Positions 1 through 8,528 of a stretch of DNA of 50,147 bases are shown piece by piece. Both the position numbers and the translations under genes were made by a program. Each line of letters begins with the position of its first letter. Within the stretch, counting starts at the first letter, position 1. Origin of the DNA: an uncultured Clostridia bacterium (lineage in GTDB: Bacteria; Bacillota; Clostridia; Peptostreptococcales; Anaerovoracaceae). The DNA is taken from the NCBI GenBank assembly GCA_937889655.1, contig CALBZG010000119.1:1-50147 (forward strand). The letters are read 5' to 3'. The notes under the pieces were generated by a model that was not told where the DNA came from, searched no databases, and saw only the letters and a program-made list of their open reading frames with translations.

Positions 1-1
1 G

Positions 2-709
2 ATGCTGTTTGATTATGGTTACGGACCATTCAGATGGGTTTGCCTCTCTGGAGACCCCAAAGACCTTGATGCGACAGACAATGCCGCAATGGAATTGATC
101 GATCCTGAAAGACGGTTCCAGGACAGGGATAATTGGGTGTGGATCAGAGACGCAAAAGCTAATAATCTGGTTGTGGGCACCCAAGCCAGGATCCTTTATC
201 AGGATGCCGAGGGTCGTGTGCGCATCGCATTGCAATTCAACGATATGGTAAGAAAAGGGCAGATCGGTCCCGTTATGATAGGCCGGGACCACCACGATGT
301 GTCCGGTACAGACTCGCCATTCCGTGAGACAGCGAATATCAAAGACGGTTCAAATATCATGGCCGATATGGCGGTCCAATGCTTTGCAGGCAATGCCGCC
401 AGAGGAATGAGTTTATGCGCCCTTCATAATGGTGGCGGGGTAGGAATCGGGAAATCCATAAACGGCGGATTCGGATTGGTCCTTGACGGAAGTGAAAGGG
501 TCGATGATATTATTAAATCTGCTGTTTCCTGGGATGTCATGGGAGGCGTTGCCAGGAGAAATTGGGCCAGAAATGAAGCTTCGGTGGAAACCTCCGCCGC
601 ATACAACAAAGAACAGTGTGCCGATAACGGAAATGGAGGGCATATCACCTTGCCGTATATAGCTGCTGAGGATTTAGTGGAAGCCGTCGTAGATCCATTT
701 TTCAAATGA
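2..709 (+). CDS. hutU: Urocanate hydratase, C-terminal part (5' end lies outside the window)
   Basis: The ORF is open to the window edge. The translation carries conserved urocanase C-terminal blocks (GTQARILYQDAEGR, GPVMIGRDHHDVSGTDSPFRETANIKDGS, LHNGGGVGIG). hutI follows. Confidence 0.9.
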   Translation: MLFDYGYGPFRWVCLSGDPKDLDATDNAAMELIDPERRFQDRDNWVWIRDAKANNLVVGTQARILYQDAEGRVRIALQFNDMVRKGQIGPVMIGRDHHDVSGTDSPFRETANIKDGSNIMADMAVQCFAGNAARGMSLCALHNGGGVGIGKSINGGFGLVLDGSERVDDIIKSAVSWDVMGGVARRNWARNEASVETSAAYNKEQCADNGNGGHITLPYIAAEDLVEAVVDPFFK

Positions 710-776
710 GAAAAGTAAAATCTGTCTTATAAACATATCGCATCGTCGTTTGACGATGCTAAAAGGAGCCGTTAAC

Positions 777-2012
777 ATGAGTACGCTTTTAATTAAGAAT
801 ATAGGGTTGATGCAGACCCCCATCGGCAGCTTTGCACATAAAGGAAACGATCAAGGGGAAAACCAAAAGTTGAAAAACGCTTCGGTTTTGGCAGAAAATG
901 GTATTATTGCTGAAATTTGCTCCGATGGGAACCTGCCTGCCGCTGCCGGAGCAGCAGATATGGTGATCGATGCGGAGGGTAAACTCGTAACACCCGGCCT
1001 CGTTGATGGACATACCCATCTGGTATTTGGAGGGTATCGGCAACATGAAATACCCTTAAAACTGGCCGGTGCAACGTACCTTGAAATACTAAAAGCAGGA
1101 GGAGGCATCCTGGATACGGTCAGAAAAACCCGTGAAGCCGGCTTTGATGAACTTTACGAAAAAGCTGAAGCTTTCCTTGATGAAATACTGGATCTCGGTG
1201 TAACGACCTGTGAAGCGAAATCCGGGTACGGTCTTGACATTGATAACGAATTGAAGATCCTGGAAGTCATCAAAAAGCTCAATGATTCGCATCCCATAGA
1301 TCTGGTGGCCACTTACATGGGAGCCCATGCGATACCGCCGGAGTATAATGGAAGGGCTGACGCCTATATCGATGAAGTATGCAAAGAGGCGATGTCCATA
1401 ATTGCACAGAAGAAGCTTGCCGAGTATGCTGATGTTTTCTGTGAAGATGGTGTTTTCGACTTTCATCAGTCCAGGAAATATCTTGAAGCAGCATCAGAAT
1501 TTGGCCTTGGCTTACGGATCCACGCCGATGAAATAGAAGAAATCGGCGGATCCGAGCTTGCAGGGCTTATGAATGCCGCCTCTGCGGAACATCTTATCGC
1601 AATCGGAGAAAAAGGGCTGGCAGCTATGGCTAACAGCGGAACCATCGCGATGCTTTTGCCGGCTACATCTTTCTACCTGGGAAAAACCTATGCACCGGCG
1701 AGAAGGATGATCGAGATGGGAATTCCAGTAGCGCTGGCTTCGGATTTCAATCCGGGATCCTGTCCTTCGCTGAATCTTCAATTTGCAATCAATCTGGGAT
1801 ATTTGAGGTATAGAATGAAGCCGGAGGAAATTCTGACAGCTGTGACCATAAATCCGGCATGTGCTCTTGGTCGTGGTGCTAAGGTGGGTACGATCGAGAA
1901 GGGAAAACAAGCGGACTTAGTAATATGGGATGCGCCGGACATGGAAATGCTGTGTTACAGATTCGGCTCCAATTTGGCTATAGGAGTCATTAAGAACGGC
2001 CAACTGGTATAA
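777..2012 (+). CDS. hutI: Imidazolonepropionase
   Basis: Amidohydrolase fold with the HutI-type motifs DGHTHLVFGG and GGGI. I chose the start at ATG 777 (MSTLLIKN) because AAAGGAG lies 8 nt upstream. The track ORF begins earlier, at 750. Confidence 0.9.
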   Translation: MSTLLIKNIGLMQTPIGSFAHKGNDQGENQKLKNASVLAENGIIAEICSDGNLPAAAGAADMVIDAEGKLVTPGLVDGHTHLVFGGYRQHEIPLKLAGATYLEILKAGGGILDTVRKTREAGFDELYEKAEAFLDEILDLGVTTCEAKSGYGLDIDNELKILEVIKKLNDSHPIDLVATYMGAHAIPPEYNGRADAYIDEVCKEAMSIIAQKKLAEYADVFCEDGVFDFHQSRKYLEAASEFGLGLRIHADEIEEIGGSELAGLMNAASAEHLIAIGEKGLAAMANSGTIAMLLPATSFYLGKTYAPARRMIEMGIPVALASDFNPGSCPSLNLQFAINLGYLRYRMKPEEILTAVTINPACALGRGAKVGTIEKGKQADLVIWDAPDMEMLCYRFGSNLAIGVIKNGQLV

Positions 2013-2084
2013 CGGATATTAGTCGACGATGAATACAATAGAAGTATGCAACAACGGATTACGTAGAGAAGAAAGGATAAAAGA

Positions 2085-2723
2085 GTGAAAATTATGGGGT
2101 TGGTTGATCTGACAATAAAAGACTATCTTACGGTTTTAAAAACCGACGCTCCGGCACCCGGCGGCGGTTCGGTAAGCGCCCTGTCCGGCGCCCAGGGCAT
2201 AGCACTGGTTATTATGGTAGCCGAGCTTACTTTGGGAAGAGAAAAATATGCGGCATTCCAGGAAATATGTGAAAACGGAAAAATACAGGCGAACAGGGTG
2301 TTATCGGCGCTCATCGATGGAATCGACCGTGATACCGACGCCTACAATCTTGTTTGTGATGCTATTAAAATGCCTAAAAACAGTGATGATGAAAAAGCAG
2401 CAAGAAGCCGGAGTATCTGCGATGCCACGTTGATGGCCACCTTAGTGCCTTTTGAGACTATGGAGTTCGGGTTGGAAGGCCTGCGGATAGCAAGAAGTCT
2501 GGTTGGCCGATCCAATCCAAATTGCTCTTCGGACCTTGGAGTCGCTGCCCTTAATCTTCTCGCCTGCATAAAGGGAGCCTGGCTGAACGTGCTGACTAAC
2601 ATTCCCGGAATCAAAGATCCGGAAAAGGAAGAAGATTTCAGAAACAAAGGGAAACTTCTCTATGACGAATCTATAAAGCTAGCTGAAAGTATTTATGAGG
2701 ACGTTGCAAAGAATTTTATATAA
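2085..2723 (+). CDS. Formimidoyltetrahydrofolate cyclodeaminase / methenyl-THF cyclohydrolase family protein (FtcD C-domain-like)
   Basis: The N-terminal signature APAPGGGSVSALSGAQG is typical of the cyclodeaminase/cyclohydrolase family. GTG start with an AAGGA RBS. Sits between hutI and the formimidoyltransferase. Confidence 0.75.
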   Translation: MKIMGLVDLTIKDYLTVLKTDAPAPGGGSVSALSGAQGIALVIMVAELTLGREKYAAFQEICENGKIQANRVLSALIDGIDRDTDAYNLVCDAIKMPKNSDDEKAARSRSICDATLMATLVPFETMEFGLEGLRIARSLVGRSNPNCSSDLGVAALNLLACIKGAWLNVLTNIPGIKDPEKEEDFRNKGKLLYDESIKLAESIYEDVAKNFI

Positions 2724-2741
2724 ACAAACGAGGTAGATGAA

Positions 2742-3638
2742 ATGGCAAAAATAATTGAAAGTATTCCGAACATAAGCGAGGGAAGAAACAAGGATATAAT
2801 TGAAGCCTGTGTAGATCAGATACGAGGCACAGCAGGATGCACACTCCTCAATTACAGCAGCGACACTTCCCATAACAGGACAGTGATCACTTATATGGGC
2901 AGTCTGGAGGGAGTAGAGGAAGCCAGCGTTAAATTGGCAAAAAAGGCTGCTGAACTCATCGACTTGACAAAGCATTCCGGCGAGCATCCGAGAATGGGAG
3001 CAGTGGACGTCATGCCTTTTGTGCCGATCAAAGAAGCAACAGAGGAAGAATGTATCGAATTGTCAAGGTTCGTAGGAAAGCGGATCGCTGAGGAGGCCGG
3101 GGTTCCCGTATTCTTATATGAGAAATCCGCGTCGGCTGAACACCGTCGCAACCTTGCAGCTGTCCGCAAAGGTCAGTTTGAAGGAATGTTTGAAAAAGTG
3201 AAAGATCCCGACTGGATACCGGATTTCGGCGGCAGCAGGGTCCACCCAACAGCCGGCGTAGTAGCGGTGGGTGCGCGTCCCCCATTGATAGCATACAACA
3301 TTAACCTTGATACCAACGATCTCGAACTGGCCAAAGAAATATCCAAAGAAATCAGGGAATCTTCAGGAGGACTTCCATGCGTCAAGGCTATGGGCGTCAT
3401 GCTGGAAGACAGAAATATCGCACAGGTTTCAATCAATATGACAGATTATAGAGTGACACCCCTTCATAAAGTAACAGAATTGGTGAGAGAGAAGGCTGCG
3501 AAAGAAGGTGTAAAAGTCATAGGGACTGAATTGATTGGCCTTTGTCCGATGAAAGCGCTATTTGATGCGGCTGAATTCTACTTGCAGATCGAGGATTTTG
3601 ACCCGGAGGTACAGGTCATCGAGAATCACCTTTTATAG
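2742..3638 (+). CDS. Glutamate formimidoyltransferase (FtcD N-domain-like)
   Basis: The start MAKIIESIPNISEGRN and the block HPRMGAVDVMPFVP are characteristic of formiminotransferases. Located in a hut context. Confidence 0.85.
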   Translation: MAKIIESIPNISEGRNKDIIEACVDQIRGTAGCTLLNYSSDTSHNRTVITYMGSLEGVEEASVKLAKKAAELIDLTKHSGEHPRMGAVDVMPFVPIKEATEEECIELSRFVGKRIAEEAGVPVFLYEKSASAEHRRNLAAVRKGQFEGMFEKVKDPDWIPDFGGSRVHPTAGVVAVGARPPLIAYNINLDTNDLELAKEISKEIRESSGGLPCVKAMGVMLEDRNIAQVSINMTDYRVTPLHKVTELVREKAAKEGVKVIGTELIGLCPMKALFDAAEFYLQIEDFDPEVQVIENHLL

Positions 3639-3703
3639 CGTTAAATAGCACTCACGAATTGGCGAAGCAACAAATATCGCTCAGAGTTTAGAAGGGTGTA
3701 AAA

Positions 3704-4954
3704 ATGGAAGCATCCAACCCGAAGGATACCGGTCAGAATCCGCCGGAAAAAGAAAATATCAAGATCGTGCTGCAGGGCAATGAAGCTTGTGCCAAAGGGG
3801 CTCTTCATGCAGGCTGCCGTTTTTTTGCAGGGTATCCGATAACTCCTTCTACAGAAATCATAGAAATGCTGTCAGAGGAGATGCTTTTGGCCGGAGGAGC
3901 CTTCATCCAAATGGAGGACGAAATAGCTTCTGCCTGTGCTATTATTGGTGCGCGATGGGGCGGCAAAAAAGCAATGACCGCAACCTCAGGACCGGGGTAT
4001 ACCTTAATGCAGGAAGCAATCGGATATGCCGCTGTCACAGAAACACCCATCGTTATTGTGAACATACAGCGTGGAGGCCCTTCAACGGGACAGCCCACGA
4101 TGTCGTCGCAACACGACATTTATCAGGCCCGTTACGGAAGTCATGGAGATTACCAAATTGTCGTTCTTGCCCCTTCTTCAGTTCAGGAAATGTACGATTT
4201 CACCGTTAGAGCTTTTGAGTTGTCTGAACGTTTTAGAACACCCGTGATCCTTTTGGGCGATGAAATCATTGGCCACATGAGAGAAAAAATCAGCGTTTCT
4301 TCCGGACCCATAGAAATTGCGCCGGCCAAAATCGTATCAGCTGCATCACCCCAAAAGGACTTTTTCATGGGGGCAAATTCTATGGTTGAGGGTCAGCTAC
4401 ACGATGAGTATGGAAGAAGAATAGGTCATCTGGCTCAGAAAAGCGGTGACTTTCTTCAGCGTCTGGACCGTAAAATACTAGACAATATAGATGAAATAAC
4501 AAGTATTGACACCTTTTGCATGGATGACGCGGATGTGGCTATCGTTGCATATGGATCTGTAGCCCGGCCATCGATGAATGCCATCAAACTAGCCAGAGGG
4601 ATCAAAGATGACAGGATCTCAACGAAATTTAAAATTGTGAGAGATGTGATCACAAAAGGCGTTCCCAAAACTCTTCGAACGGATTACAGCCATCTCAAGG
4701 TGGGACTCATCAAAATCAATACGGTTTGGCCATTTCCGGAAGAGCAGCTGGTCCGGCTTGCAGCAAATGTCGATATTGTCATCGTTCCCGAAATGAACGT
4801 GGGCAAGTATTGCCGGGAAGTTGAAAGGGTCCTTTGTGGCAAGAGGGTTGTGTCAATGCCTAAAAGCGGAGGAGACATCCATACACCGGGCGAAATTCTG
4901 GATAGGATCGTTGAAGAAACCGGTCTGAAGCAGGAGGTGGGAGATCGTGAATAA
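3704..4954 (+). CDS. korA: 2-oxoglutarate (2-oxoacid):ferredoxin oxidoreductase, alpha subunit
   Basis: Contains GNEACAKGALHAGCRFFAGYPITPSTEI and GGPSTGQPT blocks. First gene of an alpha-beta-delta-gamma cluster. Confidence 0.8.
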   Translation: MEASNPKDTGQNPPEKENIKIVLQGNEACAKGALHAGCRFFAGYPITPSTEIIEMLSEEMLLAGGAFIQMEDEIASACAIIGARWGGKKAMTATSGPGYTLMQEAIGYAAVTETPIVIVNIQRGGPSTGQPTMSSQHDIYQARYGSHGDYQIVVLAPSSVQEMYDFTVRAFELSERFRTPVILLGDEIIGHMREKISVSSGPIEIAPAKIVSAASPQKDFFMGANSMVEGQLHDEYGRRIGHLAQKSGDFLQRLDRKILDNIDEITSIDTFCMDDADVAIVAYGSVARPSMNAIKLARGIKDDRISTKFKIVRDVITKGVPKTLRTDYSHLKVGLIKINTVWPFPEEQLVRLAANVDIVIVPEMNVGKYCREVERVLCGKRVVSMPKSGGDIHTPGEILDRIVEETGLKQEVGDRE

Positions 4955-5810
4955 ACTATACGAATCCTATATAAAAACAGATTCACTGCCGACCTTATTT
5001 TGCCCGGGATGCGGAAACGGCATCGTTCAGATCGCAGCGGCCAGGGCTATCGAAAGTCTGGGCTGCAGACGCGAGACTGCCTGCGTTTCGGGGATCGGCT
5101 GTTCTTCCTGGATCCCTTGCTATTATAAGCTGGATGTGATGCACACGCTGCATGGCCGAGCTTTGGCTTTCGCGACGGGTTTGAAGCTGGCCAGTCCGGA
5201 CAAGAACATAATCGTGTTTACCGGAGACGGAGACTGCCTTGCTATTGGGGGAAATCATTTTCTTCATGCCTGCGCAAGAAATATCGATATCACGGTCGTC
5301 ATGGTGAACAACTATATTTATGGCATGACAGGAGGCCAGAAATCCCCTACGACACCATTAAAGGCAGTGACCAAGACCTCGCCTTTTGGCAGTGTGGATA
5401 AACCCATGGATGGCTGCGCATTAGCAATGACATTGGGAGCCTCTTACGTGGCAAGATGGACGACTGCCCATCCCGTTCAACTGGAAAAGGCAATCGCCCA
5501 AGGAGTGAAACATAAGGGTTTCAGCTTCATTGAAGTCCTCAGTCAATGTCCTGTTCAGGCAGGCAGCAACATCCATGGAACCAAGGATGCCGCAACTATC
5601 CTGGAGAAATACCGGACAGGCACATATTTATGGAAACCTTCCATGGCGATGACAGGTTCTCCCGAAGCAGCAGAAGCAGAGATACTCGAGGCTCAGGGGA
5701 AAACGAAAATCGGGCTTTTTAAAAACGATGAAGAAATCGAAGAATATATTGCAAAGGTCGAAGATAAGTTGGCGGATAAAGGGATAGAGAGACCCGAAAT
5801 GGAGAAGTAG
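4947..5810 (+). CDS. korB: 2-oxoglutarate:ferredoxin oxidoreductase, beta (TPP-binding) subunit
   Basis: Has an N-terminal CPGCG motif and the TPP motif GDGDCLAIGGNH. The GTG start overlaps the korA stop. GGAGGTGGGAG RBS. Confidence 0.85.
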   Translation: MNKLYESYIKTDSLPTLFCPGCGNGIVQIAAARAIESLGCRRETACVSGIGCSSWIPCYYKLDVMHTLHGRALAFATGLKLASPDKNIIVFTGDGDCLAIGGNHFLHACARNIDITVVMVNNYIYGMTGGQKSPTTPLKAVTKTSPFGSVDKPMDGCALAMTLGASYVARWTTAHPVQLEKAIAQGVKHKGFSFIEVLSQCPVQAGSNIHGTKDAATILEKYRTGTYLWKPSMAMTGSPEAAEAEILEAQGKTKIGLFKNDEEIEEYIAKVEDKLADKGIERPEMEK

Positions 5811-5813
5811 GAC

Positions 5814-6059
5814 ATGGCAATTATTACCGTTGACAAAACATGCTGCAAAGGTTGTGATATTTGTTTTTCAATTTGTCCGAAAAAGCTTTTTGTGCCTTCG
5901 AAAACTAGAAACAGCTATGGAACCAACTTACCTGAGGCCCGAAACCAGGAGGATTGCATCCTATGCGGAATGTGCGAGAGGCTATGCCCGGATGGTGCCA
6001 TCAATGTGATCCGGAGCGAGGATACAAAAACTGGAGGAGAAGAAAAACATGAGGATTAA
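5814..6059 (+). CDS. 4Fe-4S ferredoxin-type (delta) subunit of the oxidoreductase
   Basis: 81 aa with two cysteine motifs (CKGCDICFSICP and CILCGMCERLCP). Translationally coupled to its neighbours. Confidence 0.75.
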   Translation: MAIITVDKTCCKGCDICFSICPKKLFVPSKTRNSYGTNLPEARNQEDCILCGMCERLCPDGAINVIRSEDTKTGGEEKHED

Positions 6060-6594
6060 TGTCAGATTCGCGGGAGCTGGTGGCCAGGGCGTTATTTTAA
6101 GTTCGGTGCTTTTGGCAAAAGCCTATGGCCTTGGCGAAAATTACAACATCTCTCAAACGCAAAGCTATGGGCCGGAAGCAAGAGGAGGGGCATGCAAGGC
6201 TGAAGTGGTGATTTCCGACGAAAGCATCGATTATATGAAAGTGGAGGATGCGGATGTATTTATTGCATACAATCAGGCAGGATATGATAAATATATCAGC
6301 AAAGTCAAAAAGGATGCAATGGTGTTGATCAATAGCACTCTGGTTGAAACCGGAAGACCCGGCGTATATAAAATTCCAGCCACCGAAATGGCGGAAGAAG
6401 CCGGCAAGCCTTTTATCGTCAACATGATCATGCTCGGAGCGCTTACGAAGCTTTTGCCAAAGCTGCATTATCCTACAGTAGAAGCGGAGATCATGGACAA
6501 TTTTTCTGCCTCCATCGCCGGAGTCAATCTGGATGCATATGATCGAGGATATAGATATATGGCCAATGAACTTGGAGAACAAAGCCCACAATGA
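6049..6594 (+). CDS. korC: 2-oxoacid:ferredoxin oxidoreductase, gamma subunit
   Basis: The block RFAGAGGQGVILSS...YGPEARGG is typical of gamma subunits. Overlaps the preceding gene by 11 nt. Confidence 0.8.
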   Translation: MRINVRFAGAGGQGVILSSVLLAKAYGLGENYNISQTQSYGPEARGGACKAEVVISDESIDYMKVEDADVFIAYNQAGYDKYISKVKKDAMVLINSTLVETGRPGVYKIPATEMAEEAGKPFIVNMIMLGALTKLLPKLHYPTVEAEIMDNFSASIAGVNLDAYDRGYRYMANELGEQSPQ

Positions 6595-6669
6595 CCCATT
6601 CACACTATCTTCACAAAAACTACATGTTAAAATGGTATATTAACAACATACTTTGAACGGAGGTTAGTT

Positions 6670-7137
6670 ATGAAAACGGGAAAAGCGTTGTCGATCGTTT
6701 TAGCATTAATGCTTTTAATAGTAATGGTAATCGCCTTTGCAATGTCGGGCTGCGCCGGCAAGGAAGAGCAGGAAAAGAAGGTCGCAGAAGTCTACGATAC
6801 AAGCAAGGATGCAGTTTTTGCATATCTCAATATCGATTATCCGGAAGAATCAGGACTTCAGGATGTGCAGAATCAGCAAGTTTATAGCATAGATAAAACA
6901 ATGTCGCCTATGAGCATTTTGATCTCTTACGGGGATTCCAACGGTATAGAAATCGCGGTTGATGCTGCCGGAGCCGGCTATGTGCAGGGCATCGGAGGCG
7001 TTTTTGAAAATGATTTCAATCAACCCTCAGGTTGGATCTATGTGGTCAATGATGAAAACTCTATGGAAGCTGCTGCGGATTACAAGCTTAGCTCCGGCGA
7101 TACAGTGACCTGGTCCTATGTGAACTACACCCAATAA
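6670..7137 (+). CDS. Lipoprotein with a DUF4430-like C-terminal domain
   Basis: Signal peptide with a lipobox (AMSGC). The C-terminus GWIYVVNDE...YKLSSGDTVTWSY resembles DUF4430. Confidence 0.55.
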   Translation: MKTGKALSIVLALMLLIVMVIAFAMSGCAGKEEQEKKVAEVYDTSKDAVFAYLNIDYPEESGLQDVQNQQVYSIDKTMSPMSILISYGDSNGIEIAVDAAGAGYVQGIGGVFENDFNQPSGWIYVVNDENSMEAAADYKLSSGDTVTWSYVNYTQ

Positions 7138-7276
7138 TCTCAGTATTTTCCCAAACCTACATGACAGCATCACAAAAACTTCACATAGAAGTAGTAATCT
7201 GTAATTGGTAAAGGGGATTAGATACTTTACTAGAAACTTTCCTTCTTTTATAAAGATACACACAACACACTTACTG

Positions 7277-7311
7277 AAAAAACCCCGGGATTCGGGACCC
7301 CGGGGTTTTTT
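7277..7311. terminator. Bidirectional intrinsic terminator between convergent genes
   Basis: AAAAAA-CCCCGGG-loop-CCCGGGG-TTTTTT. GC stem flanked by an A-run and a T-run. Confidence 0.75.
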
Positions 7312-7329
7312 CATGCATTTAATTAGTAA

Positions 7330-8004
7330 TTATCGTTTTGTGTTGATCATCGAAGCCAGATATGCCGCCCCGTAGCCGTTATCTATATTCACAACTCCAA
7401 CGCCCTCGGTGCAGGTGTTCATCATGGATAAAAGAGCTGCCAGCCCTTCGAAATTCGAACCATATCCAATGCTGGTAGGTACTGCAACGACAGGAACATC
7501 TAAAAATCCGCCTACAACGGAAGGAAGCGCACCCTCCATGCCTGCCACAACAATAACAACACTGGCCTTTTGGATCCTGTGCACCTGCGAAAGAAGCCTA
7601 TGGATGCCGGCAACGCCCACATCGTAAATTCTGTCCACTTCATTGCCGAGAATTTCGGCAGCCACAGCAGCCTCCTCAGCCACGGGTATATCAGCCGTTC
7701 CGGCTGTTACTACGGCCACAACACCGGAACGATCATGTCTGGGATTATTCTCTTTGATCAGAGCGATGAGCCGTGCCGTCTCAAAATATTGGGCATCAGG
7801 CACTCTTGCATTCACTGCATAAAAATTTTCTGGCGTAGCCCTTGTCGCCAGCACGTTACCTCCTGCTTCTGCCAACTCCAAAAAAATTTCCGCTATTTGC
7901 AACGATGTTTTACCCGGGCAATAAATAGCCTCAGGGTAGCCCCTTCGCTTTCTTCTGTCCGTATCAACTTTGGCAAAGCCTAAATCTTCATATTTCTTTT
8001 TCAT
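7330..8004 (-). CDS. larB: Nickel-pincer cofactor biosynthesis protein LarB (AIR-carboxylase-like)
   Basis: MKKKYEDLGFAKVDTDRRKRRGYPEAIYCPGKT followed by a PurE-like GTADIPVAEEA...VVAGMEGALPSVV fold. The start is moved to ATG 8004, because the track's 27-aa N-terminal extension is unlikely to be real. Confidence 0.8.
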   Translation of the reverse strand: MKKKYEDLGFAKVDTDRRKRRGYPEAIYCPGKTSLQIAEIFLELAEAGGNVLATRATPENFYAVNARVPDAQYFETARLIALIKENNPRHDRSGVVAVVTAGTADIPVAEEAAVAAEILGNEVDRIYDVGVAGIHRLLSQVHRIQKASVVIVVAGMEGALPSVVGGFLDVPVVAVPTSIGYGSNFEGLAALLSMMNTCTEGVGVVNIDNGYGAAYLASMINTKR

Positions 8005-8050
8005 GCAATAATTATATCTTGAAGTCGCCGAAGGTACAAGTTGCTTTCTC

Positions 8051-8079
8051 TTGACAAGCAAAGTTTGTAGGTATATATT
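8051..8079 (+). promoter_or_regulatory. Sigma-A-type promoter of the arsR-ATPase operon
   Basis: TTGACA (8051-8056), 17-nt spacer, TATATT (8074-8079). Confidence 0.55.
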
Positions 8080-8109
8080 GAACATATGAACAATTGCTCA
8101 TATGTTCAA
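8078..8109. promoter_or_regulatory. Near-perfect 32-bp palindrome, candidate ArsR/SmtB operator
   Basis: TTGAACATATGA-ACAATTGC-TCATATGTTCAA. It overlaps the -10 box and the transcription start region directly upstream of the ArsR-family gene. Confidence 0.65.
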
Positions 8110-8134
8110 TAATTGCACAGAAAGGGACTGGCCG

Positions 8135-8518
8135 ATGCCTATTAAAGCGAATAATAAAGCAAATGATTTCGAGAGATGCGATTGTACGGTCATACATCAG
8201 GACATCGTCGATTGGGTCAAGGATAAAATGCCGAGAGAAGAAATTCTATACGATTTGGCAGAGCTGTTTAAAATTTTTGGCGATTCTACCCGCATCAAAA
8301 TATTATGGGCTCTGTACGAGTCGGAGATGTGCGTATGTGATATTTCGTTTCTGCTGAACATGACGCAATCCGCAATATCCCATCAATTGAGAATTTTAAA
8401 GCAAACTGATCTTGTAAAAACCCGCAGATCCGGCAGGGTAGTATTTTACTCATTGAAGGATGAACATGTGAAGAGGATTTTCGATCAGGGATTGGCACAC
8501 ATAACAGAGGAGAAATAA
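8135..8518 (+). CDS. ArsR/SmtB-family metal-sensing transcriptional repressor
   Basis: Winged-helix block LFKIFGDSTRIKILWAL...CVCDISFLLNMTQSAISHQLRIL. Start chosen at ATG 8135, which has an AAAGGGA RBS. The track start at 8102 lies inside the operator. Confidence 0.85.
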   Translation: MPIKANNKANDFERCDCTVIHQDIVDWVKDKMPREEILYDLAELFKIFGDSTRIKILWALYESEMCVCDISFLLNMTQSAISHQLRILKQTDLVKTRRSGRVVFYSLKDEHVKRIFDQGLAHITEEK

Positions 8519-8528
8519 GGTAAAAAGC

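Noticed and set aside
741-758. 7-bp hairpin CATCGTC-GTTT-GACGATG between hutU and hutI
   Set aside because: It has no T-run and is very short. It is most likely an intercistronic stem of no demonstrable function, and is not enough to call an attenuator.
6097-6603. 168-aa ORF antisense to korC. Many other 60-160-aa antisense ORFs appear in the track, for example 1089-1466, 1512-1910, 9561-9935, 32103-32561, 42403-42894 and 45130-45576.
   Set aside because: All lie opposite genes with strong family signatures, and none shows a recognisable motif, an RBS or an independent promoter.
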